Positions 9,013 to 18,114 of a stretch of DNA of 64,000 nt are shown here, in pieces; the stretch's first letter is position 1, and each line of letters begins with the position of its first letter. Made by a program: the position numbers and the translations under genes. The DNA is from an uncultured Myxococcales bacterium (GTDB taxonomy: Bacteria > Myxococcota_A > UBA9042), in the NCBI GenBank assembly GCA_903896545.1, contig CAITYF010000159.1, positions 5,679-69,678 of the forward strand, in the 5' to 3' direction. The notes beneath the pieces are model-generated. The model made no database searches, had not been told where the DNA came from, and was given only the letters and a program-made list of their open reading frames with translations.

Positions 9013-10269
9013 TTAGAAGACTTCGCTCAGCCAGCCCTTGATGCGTGCGGAGATGCCGTTGCCGGCGGTCTTGGCGGCCTTGGCCGAGGCGCGACGGGTG
9101 CGACCGGCGTCCTTGGCGGTTTCGTTCTCGTCGTCGCCGCCCTGCAGCACCAAACCCAGCGCCGTCGAGAACACCGGCGAATTGATCATGTCGCGCAGGC
9201 CACCGACCTGCCGCGGGTAACCCACGCGCACAGGCAAACCCAGCACGTCTTCACCCAATTCCGCGCAGCCCGGAAGCAGCGCCGTACCGCCCGTGATGAC
9301 CACGCCCGAACCCAGCACGTCTGCGAAGTTGGACGCCTGAATTTCGCGCTCGATCAGCCGGTAGATTTCTTCCATCCGCGGTTCGACGATGTCGCAGAGC
9401 AGCTTGCGCTTGCGCACGATCGGCTCACGGCCGCCCACGCAGGCGACTTCGATGTTTTCGTCGTCCGTTACCATCGTGGAAAGCGCGCAGCCGTGCTGGA
9501 TCTTGATGCGCTCCGCTTCCGCCTTGGGTGTGCGCAGACCGACGGCGATGTCGTTGGTGATGTGGTCGCCGCCGACGGGGAGTACAGCGGAGTGGACCAC
9601 AAAGCCGTTGTGATAAATCGCGATGTCGGTCGTGCCGCCGCCGATGTCGACGAGCACCACGCCCAGCTCCTTCTCATCGTCTTCCAGCACCGCGCGACCG
9701 GACGCCAGCATTTCCGCCGACGACTTGAGCACATGCAGGCCCGCGCGTTCGGCGCACTGCACCACGTTCTGCACGCCGGAGTTCAGCGCCGTGATGATGT
9801 GGACGTTGACCTGCAAGCGCACGCCGCTGATGCCGATGGGGTAGCGGATGCCATCGTTGTCGTCGACCAGGAATTCCTGCGGCACGGTGTGGAGAATCGT
9901 GCGATCGGCGGGAATCTGCACGGCCTTGGCGTTTTCCAGCACGCGCTGCACGTCCGTCTCCGTCACTTCGCGGTTCTGGACGGCAACAACGCCGCGGTTG
10001 TTGAACGACTTCAGGTCTTTGCCCGAAACCGACACGTACACCGCGTTGACGGTGCAGCCGGCCATCAGCTCGGCTTCGTGGACGGCACGCTGGATCGCCT
10101 CCATCGTCTCGTTCACGTTCACCACGACGCCCTTGCGGATGCCGTTGGACGCGGACGAACCGACGCCGATGATGTCGATGCCGCCATCTGCCTTCACTTC
10201 ACCGACGATCGCCACGACTTTGTGCGTGCCGACGTCCAAGCCCACAATGATTTCTTCTTTCCGCGCCAT
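9013..10269 (-). CDS. ftsA: Cell division protein FtsA
   Basis: GLDVGTHKV, VDIGGGTTD, GGDHITNDIA, C-terminal amphipathic RIKGWLSEVF. Confidence 0.98.
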   Translation of the reverse strand: MARKEEIIVGLDVGTHKVVAIVGEVKADGGIDIIGVGSSASNGIRKGVVVNVNETMEAIQRAVHEAELMAGCTVNAVYVSVSGKDLKSFNNRGVVAVQNREVTETDVQRVLENAKAVQIPADRTILHTVPQEFLVDDNDGIRYPIGISGVRLQVNVHIITALNSGVQNVVQCAERAGLHVLKSSAEMLASGRAVLEDDEKELGVVLVDIGGGTTDIAIYHNGFVVHSAVLPVGGDHITNDIAVGLRTPKAEAERIKIQHGCALSTMVTDDENIEVACVGGREPIVRKRKLLCDIVEPRMEEIYRLIEREIQASNFADVLGSGVVITGGTALLPGCAELGEDVLGLPVRVGYPRQVGGLRDMINSPVFSTALGLVLQGGDDENETAKDAGRTRRASAKAAKTAGNGISARIKGWLSEVF

Positions 10270-10334
10270 CTGATTCCCCCGTTTTGCGTGCATGTAAAAC
10301 TGAACCCGTGTCCTTGTCGTGCTTCGCGTTTCCG

Positions 10335-11480
10335 CTAGTCGTCCTGATTGTCGTCACTCGGCAGCTTCACAGTCGCTGCCTTTGCGTTCTTTGGGTCCGC
10401 CGGCGCAGGCGCGCCTTTGGGCAGACTCGCCGCCGCGGGCGCACCCGCCTGAGACGGAGCGCTGCCTTGCGTCAACTCGTCACCCGGTTTCTCCGGCAAC
10501 GGCAGCGCGCGCACCACGGCGCGGTCTTGCCGCACGTCGTCGTCCATCAGCGCGTACTGCAGCCACTCACCGCGGTGGTCGATTCGGTCCAGCAGACGGC
10601 CGACCAGCGAGAACGCGCGGCCCAGATCCGTCTCCAACGCGTGGCCCAGACGCACTTCACCGCCATCGTTGGCGGAAATCAGCGTCGTGCCCAGCACCGG
10701 ATCCCAGTGAACTTCCGACAACGGGAAACGCGCCGCCAGAGGGCTCGCCGTGTGGGCATCGACCAGCCGCAGCAAATCGGCCAAGCGGCGCTGGGTCGGC
10801 GTTTCTTTGGCGGTCTGCGGCGCATTGTCCTTCGCCGCCTTCTGATCCACCACCGGCACGTCGCGCGACAGCCCCGCGCTCAGACCCGTGATGATCGGCA
10901 AGTCGATCGCCTCGCCCGCGTCCGCCGCCTTGAAGACGAACCCGCCGCGATCCACAAGCAGCAGCTTGCCCGTATCGCTCAGGAGCAAAGCAAACGGTTG
11001 GTACTCGGCGATGCGAATCACCAGCGTCGACGGCAGCTGCGCTTCCACGCGCGCGGTGCGTACCCACGGCAGACTTTCAATCGTCCGCTGCACGACGACG
11101 GGATCCAGCGCGGTCAAGGACGTGCCTGGCTTCACGCCAGAGGCGTCGATGATGGCTTGACGTTCCACGCGCTTTTGGCCCGTCACTTCGAACTTCGCGA
11201 CGTGGAAGTGCTGCGTCCGCACGGTGTACTGCTCAAAAAGCCCGGCCGCATAAACCAACTGCGTCGCGCACGCGAGCGCCGCCAGCACGCCCACGACTTT
11301 CACCCATGGAAAACGCGGGCCCTGATTTTCTTCAGCGGCGTCCGCGCGCTCCGCGCGTTGCGTGCGCCACGCCTGCCACGACGACCGCCAGCCGGCCAGC
11401 CGCTGCTGCCAGGAGACCTTGGGCGCGTTGCGAACATTGCGCACCTTGGTCTGTCGCCGGTTGTAATTGCGGGTGTCCAT
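10335..11480 (-). CDS. ftsQ: Cell division protein FtsQ/DivIB
   Basis: Single TM plus POTRA domain (FEVTGQKRV...LPWVRTARVEAQLPSTLVIRIAE) and DLPIITG; lies before ftsA. Confidence 0.9.
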   Translation of the reverse strand: MDTRNYNRRQTKVRNVRNAPKVSWQQRLAGWRSSWQAWRTQRAERADAAEENQGPRFPWVKVVGVLAALACATQLVYAAGLFEQYTVRTQHFHVAKFEVTGQKRVERQAIIDASGVKPGTSLTALDPVVVQRTIESLPWVRTARVEAQLPSTLVIRIAEYQPFALLLSDTGKLLLVDRGGFVFKAADAGEAIDLPIITGLSAGLSRDVPVVDQKAAKDNAPQTAKETPTQRRLADLLRLVDAHTASPLAARFPLSEVHWDPVLGTTLISANDGGEVRLGHALETDLGRAFSLVGRLLDRIDHRGEWLQYALMDDDVRQDRAVVRALPLPEKPGDELTQGSAPSQAGAPAAASLPKGAPAPADPKNAKAATVKLPSDDNQDD

Positions 11481-11497
11481 TTCGTCTCACGGGCCTT

Positions 11498-12625
11498 TCA
11501 GCCGCGCGCCCCCAGCCATTCCTGGCAATCTTCCACAACCGCCATCGCCGCATCGCGTCCGGCCATCTGCCGCGCCGCGTCGGACGCCGCTTGCCACTTG
11601 TCCTCGTGGGTCAGCAGATCCTTCAGATTTTGCGCCAGCCGCGCTTCATTCCAGTCACCTTGACGCACCCACGCGCCCGCACCGGCATCAGCAAATGCCT
11701 TGGCATTGGCCGCCTGATGGTCGCCGGCCGCATGCGGAAACGGCACCAGAAGCGCAGGCAGACCGGCAGCTGCGAGCTCCGAAACCGTGCCCGAACCCGA
11801 TCGCGTCACCGCGAAATCGGCCCACGCGTACGCTGCCGCCATGTCGTCGATGAACGAGTCGACCGTGTGCGTGACGCCTTGGTCCGCGTAGCGCGCCGCA
11901 ACCGGAGCTCCGGGCAGTTTGCCGACCTGATGGCGTACTTCCACTTGGACGCCGAGTTCACGCAGTGCGGCCAGCAGCCCGGGAACGTGCTCGTTCAGGA
12001 ACTCCGAGCCTTGCGAACCGCCGACCACGAGCACGCGCGGCAAGCGGCCCGCGCCGTTCGTGGCAAAAGTCGCAGCGCGACTCGCGCCCACGCGGCGAAT
12101 CTCTGGCCGCACCGGATTACCGGAAACAACGGACGAATCGCGGGGGAAATCGCCGCGCGCCGCGGCAAAGCCGAGGTACACGCGATCGACGAGGACGCCC
12201 AACACGCGGTTGGTCAGCCCTGGAACAGCGTTGGACTCGTGCACGGCGGTCGCGATGCCCAGACTTCGCGCAGCCAAGAGCGCGGCACCCGACGCGTAGC
12301 CGCCCACGCCGATCACGAGCGAGGGCCGTTCGCGTTTCAGGATGGCCCGTGCGGCCAGAATACCTTCCACCAGATTGCGGATGCCTTTGACCTTCGCCAA
12401 CAGCCCGCCGCCAACCAGCCGCGATCCCGGCACCGTCTCGATGCGCCACCCGCGCTTGGGCACCAAAGTGGCTTCCATGCCCTGCGGCGTGCCAATGAAC
12501 AGCACGTCACACGCCGGAATCTGCAAACGAAACGCGTCCGCCAGCGCCAGCGCGGGGGTCACATGACCGCCCGTGCCGCCGCCCGCGAGCACGATTTTCT
12601 GCAGTTGGCTGACGACGTTGGTCAT
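11498..12625 (-). CDS. murG: Undecaprenyl-PP-MurNAc-pentapeptide GlcNAc transferase MurG
   Basis: GGGTGGHV, GGYAS, HESNAVPGLTN, GGSQGS, DHQAANA; start overlaps the ftsW stop. Confidence 0.97.
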   Translation of the reverse strand: MTNVVSQLQKIVLAGGGTGGHVTPALALADAFRLQIPACDVLFIGTPQGMEATLVPKRGWRIETVPGSRLVGGGLLAKVKGIRNLVEGILAARAILKRERPSLVIGVGGYASGAALLAARSLGIATAVHESNAVPGLTNRVLGVLVDRVYLGFAAARGDFPRDSSVVSGNPVRPEIRRVGASRAATFATNGAGRLPRVLVVGGSQGSEFLNEHVPGLLAALRELGVQVEVRHQVGKLPGAPVAARYADQGVTHTVDSFIDDMAAAYAWADFAVTRSGSGTVSELAAAGLPALLVPFPHAAGDHQAANAKAFADAGAGAWVRQGDWNEARLAQNLKDLLTHEDKWQAASDAARQMAGRDAAMAVVEDCQEWLGARG

Positions 12626-13995
12626 GAGCGACTGCCCTCCGCGCTGCGGTTGCCGTTGATGATGACGCGGGTGTTGCCGGTGCGCACGGGCGCTTCCTTG
12701 CGACGGAACCAGCGTGGGAGCGATGGCCAGGTCATGTCCACGTCCGGGTTGCCGCCACGGCCAACGTTCAGCAAGATCCCGGCGGCCAGCGCCAGAACGA
12801 TGATCGACGAACCGCCATAGGAGACAAACGGCAGCGTCAGTCCCTTGGTCGGCAAAGTGCCCATCACGACGCCAAAGTTCACCGCCGCTTGGGTGCCAAA
12901 AAGGATCGTGATACCCGACGCGAGCAGGCGGCCAAACTCGTCGCGCGCCCGCAGCGCGATGCGCAGACCGCGGCGAATGAAGAAGATGAACGCCAGCGCG
13001 ATGAGCGCCACGCCGATCAGACCGAATTCCTCGGCGATGATCGAGAGCACCCAGTCGGTGTGACACTCTGGCACGAAGCCAAGTTTTTGCTCGGACAGGC
13101 CCAGCCCCTTGCCGAACAGTCCGCCTGCAGCAACCGCCAAGTGTCCGTTGAACCACTGGTAGGATGCGCCGCGGATCATTTCCTGCGGCAGCGCTTCCAT
13201 GCCCATGACGGAAAGAAGCTGGTGCAAGTAGGCGTTGATGCGCGCAAAACGCATCGGATTGTGAGCGATGAAGACGCCCAAAGCGGCGACGCCCAGGCCG
13301 CCCAGAGCGAGGATGTAGCTGAAGTTGGTACCTGCAATGAACGTCATCGCAAAGAGCAGAATCGCCAGCACGATGCCGCTGCCCAGGTCGGGCTCTTTCA
13401 TGAGCAAGGTAAACGCCACCAGCCACACAAACGCGTGTGGCAAGAAGCCGACCGAGAACTTGTGGGCGTTCTGCCGGGAAATCTGCTTGGTCAGCGCGTG
13501 CGCGAGATAGATGACAAACGCCAGCTTGGCGAGTTCCGCCACCTGAAACGGCCCGAGCCAGCGACGCGAGTTGTTCACCACGCGTCCAAAAATGAGGACG
13601 AGCACGAGGCCGACCATCGACACGCCGAGCAGCGGGTAGGCGATCTTGCGATAGAGTTGATACGGCGTCCGGATCGCAATGAGCAGCACGAACACGGCAA
13701 TGCTCAAGTGCGCCATGTGTTTGTGCAGGAAGTGACCGTCGTCGCCGTTGAAGTTGTGCAGGCCGAGCCACACGGACGCCGAGTACGCCATGATCAGGCC
13801 GACCGTCATCAGCCCGACGATGATGCTAAACAGCGGCCAGTCCATGCCAACGGGCACGGGCACAAGCGCCGCTTCACCCTTGGGCATCTGCGTCGGTGCT
13901 TGAATGCGGGTCTGCTCGGAGAGCGACGCGTCGTCGCCGTCAAAGCCTTCCAGCAGTTCCAGTTCGTCGTCGCTGGCGATCGCGGTCGGGGCCAT
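12622..13995 (-). CDS. ftsW: SEDS peptidoglycan polymerase FtsW
   Basis: Multi-TM; RRWL, EPDLGS, PECHTD, LPTKGLTLPFVSYGGSS. Confidence 0.96.
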   Translation of the reverse strand: MAPTAIASDDELELLEGFDGDDASLSEQTRIQAPTQMPKGEAALVPVPVGMDWPLFSIIVGLMTVGLIMAYSASVWLGLHNFNGDDGHFLHKHMAHLSIAVFVLLIAIRTPYQLYRKIAYPLLGVSMVGLVLVLIFGRVVNNSRRWLGPFQVAELAKLAFVIYLAHALTKQISRQNAHKFSVGFLPHAFVWLVAFTLLMKEPDLGSGIVLAILLFAMTFIAGTNFSYILALGGLGVAALGVFIAHNPMRFARINAYLHQLLSVMGMEALPQEMIRGASYQWFNGHLAVAAGGLFGKGLGLSEQKLGFVPECHTDWVLSIIAEEFGLIGVALIALAFIFFIRRGLRIALRARDEFGRLLASGITILFGTQAAVNFGVVMGTLPTKGLTLPFVSYGGSSIIVLALAAGILLNVGRGGNPDVDMTWPSLPRWFRRKEAPVRTGNTRVIINGNRSAEGSRS

Positions 13996-13998
13996 GAC

Positions 13999-15108
13999 TT
14001 ACCTCAACTTCAGGCTGGCCAACGCGACCAGCGACAACATCACGGAGATGATCCAGAAACGAATGGTGACGCGCGGCTCCGGCCAGCCGAGCTTCTCGAA
14101 ATGGTGGTGAATGGGCGCCATGCGCAGGATGCGCTTGCCGGTCCGCTTGAAGTAGAACCGCTGCACCACGACGCTCGCCGCTTCGACGACGAACAGCCCG
14201 TTGACGATGAGCGAGAGCAGCTCGTTCTTGGAGAACACAGCGACCATGCCGAGCGTGCCGCCGACTGCCAGCGCGCCGACGTCGCCCATGAAGACCAGCG
14301 CCGGGTAGGTGTTGTACCAAAGAAAGCCGATGCCGGCGCCAATCACCGACGCCAGCACGATGGTCAGCTCGTGTGCAGCGGGCACTTCAGGTAGCAGCAG
14401 GTACTGGGCGACGTCAAAGTGGCCGAACTTGGCACCGACCAAATAGCACAGCACCGCGAACGTGAACGAGGACACCATGACGGGTCCGATCGCGAGACCG
14501 TCCAGACCGTCGGTGAGGTTCACTGCGTTCGAGTAACCGGCGACAGTCACGCAGGCAAAGATGGTGTACGCGATGGGGCCGATGTCCCACGCGAAGTGCT
14601 TGGCGCTGGCAAAAGGCAGGAATAGCCGCGCGTCCGCGAGGTCCTTGCCGAACCAGCCGGTGTATAGCAGACCAAAAACCAGCGCCGTCGTGCCGAATTG
14701 CGTGATCAGCTTCTGTTTTTCCGTGACGCCCTTGGAGTTGCGATCGCGGATCTTCAAGAAGTCGTCGATGAAACCGAGCACGCCAAAGACGAGTGTCACC
14801 ACGAGGGTCAGCCACACGAAGACGTTTTGCAGGTCGCCCCAGAGGAGCACCGACAGGAACATGGACATGAGCAGCAAGATGCCGCCCATCGTCGGGGTGC
14901 CTTTCTTGGAAAAGTGCGACTGCGGGCCGTCATCGCGGACGACCTGGCCGATCTGCTTTTCCTGAAGCAGGCGAATGAACCACGGAAAGAGCCACATCGC
15001 GATCATCAGCGCCGTGGCCATCGCGCCAATCGAGCGGAACGTGACGTAGCGGAACACGTTGAGTGGCCCGAAGTCGCCGCGGAAATGTTGGGACAACCAG
15101 AGGAACAC
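13999..15108 (-). CDS. mraY: Phospho-N-acetylmuramoyl-pentapeptide transferase MraY
   Basis: KKGTPTMGG, NAVNLTDGLDGLA, FMGDVG, MAPIHHHFE. Confidence 0.98.
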   Translation of the reverse strand: MFLWLSQHFRGDFGPLNVFRYVTFRSIGAMATALMIAMWLFPWFIRLLQEKQIGQVVRDDGPQSHFSKKGTPTMGGILLLMSMFLSVLLWGDLQNVFVWLTLVVTLVFGVLGFIDDFLKIRDRNSKGVTEKQKLITQFGTTALVFGLLYTGWFGKDLADARLFLPFASAKHFAWDIGPIAYTIFACVTVAGYSNAVNLTDGLDGLAIGPVMVSSFTFAVLCYLVGAKFGHFDVAQYLLLPEVPAAHELTIVLASVIGAGIGFLWYNTYPALVFMGDVGALAVGGTLGMVAVFSKNELLSLIVNGLFVVEAASVVVQRFYFKRTGKRILRMAPIHHHFEKLGWPEPRVTIRFWIISVMLSLVALASLKLR

Positions 15109-15109
15109 G

Positions 15110-16552
15110 CTAGGACCTCGCAGCGGCCGCCGGGGCGGAAGCAGAAGGGGAAGTCAGGTCGCGCAGGGCGGCAATCGCGCGCTCCATGCGGGCACCGCGC
15201 GAGCCTTTGACCAGCACGGTGCCTTGTTTGGGCAGTTTCTCAGCCAGAATCATTGCGGCAGCCTGCTGATCCGCGGCCGCGTAGGCGACGAGTCCACCCG
15301 CAGCCGCGCCACGCACGTAGTCATCGGCAAACGGTCCAACAGCGATGAGCAGGTCCGTGCCGACGTCCGCCGCGTGCTTGCCGACCCGCGCGTGCAGATC
15401 GTGCTCGCTCGCACCCAACTCCAGCATCGAACCGAGAAGCGCCGCGCGTGGCCAAGGCAGGGTGGCCAACGTATCCAGCGCCGTTTCTACCGAACGCGGA
15501 TTGGCGTTGTAACAGTCCTCCAGCACCAGCCACGGACCGATGCGCGATGGCAGCATGCGTTGGCCGACCGGCTCGTACCGGCTCATCGCGTGCGCCGCGG
15601 CGTGCAAATCCGCGTCTGCCGCCCACGCCACAGCCAGCGCCGCGAGTGCGTTGTGGGCCAGATGCACGCCCAAGCCCGGGAGGCTCACTGGCACCAGCGT
15701 GCCCGCGACGTCGGCCACAAACTGCTGGGTCAGCCCATCCACCGTGATCGGCGAGGCCAACTTCACGTCGCCCGCGGTCCTGCCGTAGCGAATCACGCGG
15801 CACTTCAGACCGGCGACCACGTCATGCAGCAGCACTTCGTCGTTTGGCACGACTGCAACGCCGTCGTCCGGCAGCGTCCGCAAGATGTCGGCCTTTTCGC
15901 TCGCGATGGCCTCGATCGTACCCATGCCGAGCAGATGCGCCTCAGACAGCGCCGTAATCACGCCGATCTTCTGGATGCCGATGTGCGCCAGCTGGGCGAT
16001 CTCGCCCGGCACCGACATGCCCATTTCCAGCACCGCGACTTGATGCTCCGCAGTGAGCCGCGCGAGTGTGATCGGCAGGCCGATGCGGTTGTTGAAGTTG
16101 CCCGCCGTCCACAGCACGTTGCCCAGCGGCGAGAGCGCGAGCGCGGTGAGTTCCTTGGTCGTCGTCTTGCCGTTGGAACCCGTGATGCCAATGACCAGCG
16201 GCGCGAAGCGCTCGCGATGGTTGCGCGCCAATTCGCCCAGTTGCAGAAGCGCGTCGTCCACTTCCAGCAGCCACGCGTTGGCCTGCATCGCGTGTTCGAC
16301 GAATGGCGCGGCTTTGCCAGTCTGCGCGACGATGCCGACAGCGCCGGCTTGGAGAGCCGCAGCGATGAAGTCAGCGCCGTCAAACGTCTCACCGGGCAGG
16401 GCGACAAACAGTGCGCCGGGGGCCAGCTTGCGGCTGTCCGTGCACAAATCCGTCGTCCAACGCGACGAATCCGCGAGCAAACGCCCGTTCGTCGCGCGCA
16501 GCGCAGTCTGTCCGTCAAAGGCAAAACCGAGAGGTCGCGTCGTCATCGTCAC
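15110..16552 (-). CDS. murF: UDP-MurNAc-tripeptide:D-Ala-D-Ala ligase MurF
   Basis: GITGSNGKTTTKE, GNFNNRIGLP, DCYNANP, LVKGSRG. Confidence 0.97.
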   Translation of the reverse strand: MTMTTRPLGFAFDGQTALRATNGRLLADSSRWTTDLCTDSRKLAPGALFVALPGETFDGADFIAAALQAGAVGIVAQTGKAAPFVEHAMQANAWLLEVDDALLQLGELARNHRERFAPLVIGITGSNGKTTTKELTALALSPLGNVLWTAGNFNNRIGLPITLARLTAEHQVAVLEMGMSVPGEIAQLAHIGIQKIGVITALSEAHLLGMGTIEAIASEKADILRTLPDDGVAVVPNDEVLLHDVVAGLKCRVIRYGRTAGDVKLASPITVDGLTQQFVADVAGTLVPVSLPGLGVHLAHNALAALAVAWAADADLHAAAHAMSRYEPVGQRMLPSRIGPWLVLEDCYNANPRSVETALDTLATLPWPRAALLGSMLELGASEHDLHARVGKHAADVGTDLLIAVGPFADDYVRGAAAGGLVAYAAADQQAAAMILAEKLPKQGTVLVKGSRGARMERAIAALRDLTSPSASAPAAAARS

Positions 16553-18108
16553 ACCCCCACGTGGTTCGGGCGCGTCAGGCCGAGGTAGCGTTCCGCCATC
16601 GCCGCGTCGTCAAACGGCCGTTCTTCCTTGCCGACGATCTGCACGGTCTCGTGGCCCTTGCCGGCGATCACCAGTACGTCGCCTGGACGCAGCACGCCGA
16701 TCGCGCGCCGAATCGCTTGCTCGCGATCTTCCTCCACGAGGTAGCCGCAACGCCGCGGACCGCTTTGCAGCTTCGTCAGCGTCGACGGCACAAACCGCTC
16801 CAGCTTCTCCGCACCGGTCATCCGCAGACCTTCTTCGACCGCGGTGAGGATCACTTGCGGATCTTCCGTGCGCGGGTTGTCGCTCGTGGCCACGCACAGG
16901 TCGGCCAACCGCGCGGCGACTTGTCCCATCAGCGGACGCTTGCCCGGATCGCGATCGCCGCCGCAGCCCAGCACCGCGATCAACCGACCCTGCGCGCCGA
17001 CCAAGGGCCGCAACGTCACCAGAATCTGCTGCAGCGCGTCCGGCGTGTGCGCGTAGTCGACGAGCACGAGCGCGCCCGTGTGGTTCAGGATCGGCTGGAG
17101 GCGCCCGCGCGGCGCTTGGAGCGTCTGGCAACCGGCAGTCAGCGCTGCGTCCTTGACGCCGAGCGCGCGACACACGAGTAGCGCCGCGGCCAGATTCTCG
17201 GCGTTGTGCCGACCGATGAGCGGCGTCTGCACCGCCAGCGGACGATGCCCTTGACTCGCCAGCACAAACGACAGTCCTTGCGCCGTCAGCTTCAGCTGTT
17301 CGACCTGATGTTCCGCCGCACCGTGGGCGCCCAAACTCCATGCCTGGGCGCGGCCTTGATGCCAAACCTGCGCCGCCGCATCGTCGTCCGCGTTCACAAA
17401 TGCGTGCGGGGCCTTCAGGTCGCCGCCAAAAAGCTGCACCTTGGCTGCTGCGTACGCTTCGACAGTGCCGTGGTAGTCCAGGTGGTCGCGGGTCAGATTG
17501 GTCCAGATCGTCGCGGCGAACCGCGTACCGGCGACACGATGCTGGTGCAAGGCGTGCGAGCTCACCTCGATCGCGACGTGTGTGAAGCCTTCATCGCGCA
17601 GATCCGCGAGCAATTGCTGCAGCGTCTCAGCGTCTGGTGTGGTCATGTGCGACGGGCGCGTGCCTTCGGGAGTCCAGATCCCCGTCGTACCAATCGCCGC
17701 GGCGCGGAAGCCAGCGGCGGTCAGCAGCTCCGCGATGAGCACCGTCGTCGTCGTCTTGCCGTTCGTGCCCGTCACGCCGATGACCTGCAGCGTGCGGCTC
17801 GGATGCCGGTGCAGCGCGGAGGCGAGCGCGCCCAATGCCTTGCGGCTGTCCGAAACGTGCAGCACAAGCCCGGCTTCCGTTGTGAATGGCAGATCGGCGA
17901 TGACCGCAACCGCCCCTGCGGCCAGCGCCACTGTCGCGTAATCCAGACCGTGGGCGCGCGTACCTGGGACTGCGACGAACACGGAGCCCGGTTGAACACG
18001 CCGCGAGTCAGCGGTCACAGCGCGCACGGCGACGTCGAGGTTGACGTCATCCGCCACCTCCACCCGCACACCGCTCTGCTGCAACAACTCCAGCAAGTTC
18101 ATCTTCAC
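16549..18108 (-). CDS. murE: UDP-MurNAc-dipeptide:meso-DAP ligase MurE
   Basis: GVTGTNGKTT, DHLDYH, DYAHTPDAL, DNPR (DAP-specific), AGKGHE. Confidence 0.97.
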   Translation of the reverse strand: MKMNLLELLQQSGVRVEVADDVNLDVAVRAVTADSRRVQPGSVFVAVPGTRAHGLDYATVALAAGAVAVIADLPFTTEAGLVLHVSDSRKALGALASALHRHPSRTLQVIGVTGTNGKTTTTVLIAELLTAAGFRAAAIGTTGIWTPEGTRPSHMTTPDAETLQQLLADLRDEGFTHVAIEVSSHALHQHRVAGTRFAATIWTNLTRDHLDYHGTVEAYAAAKVQLFGGDLKAPHAFVNADDDAAAQVWHQGRAQAWSLGAHGAAEHQVEQLKLTAQGLSFVLASQGHRPLAVQTPLIGRHNAENLAAALLVCRALGVKDAALTAGCQTLQAPRGRLQPILNHTGALVLVDYAHTPDALQQILVTLRPLVGAQGRLIAVLGCGGDRDPGKRPLMGQVAARLADLCVATSDNPRTEDPQVILTAVEEGLRMTGAEKLERFVPSTLTKLQSGPRRCGYLVEEDREQAIRRAIGVLRPGDVLVIAGKGHETVQIVGKEERPFDDAAMAERYLGLTRPNHVGV

Positions 18109-18114
18109 AGGCTC

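Noticed and set aside
6733-10338. 1201-aa ORF on the + strand
   Set aside because: Antisense shadow of ftsZ/ftsA; Arg/His-rich with no motifs, which is expected from GC-rich codon bias.
12626-13771. Apparent 757-aa MurG or an FtsW-MurG frameshift fusion
   Set aside because: The upstream part is an alternative frame of ftsW; MurG has its own ATG overlapping the ftsW stop, which is ordinary coupling.
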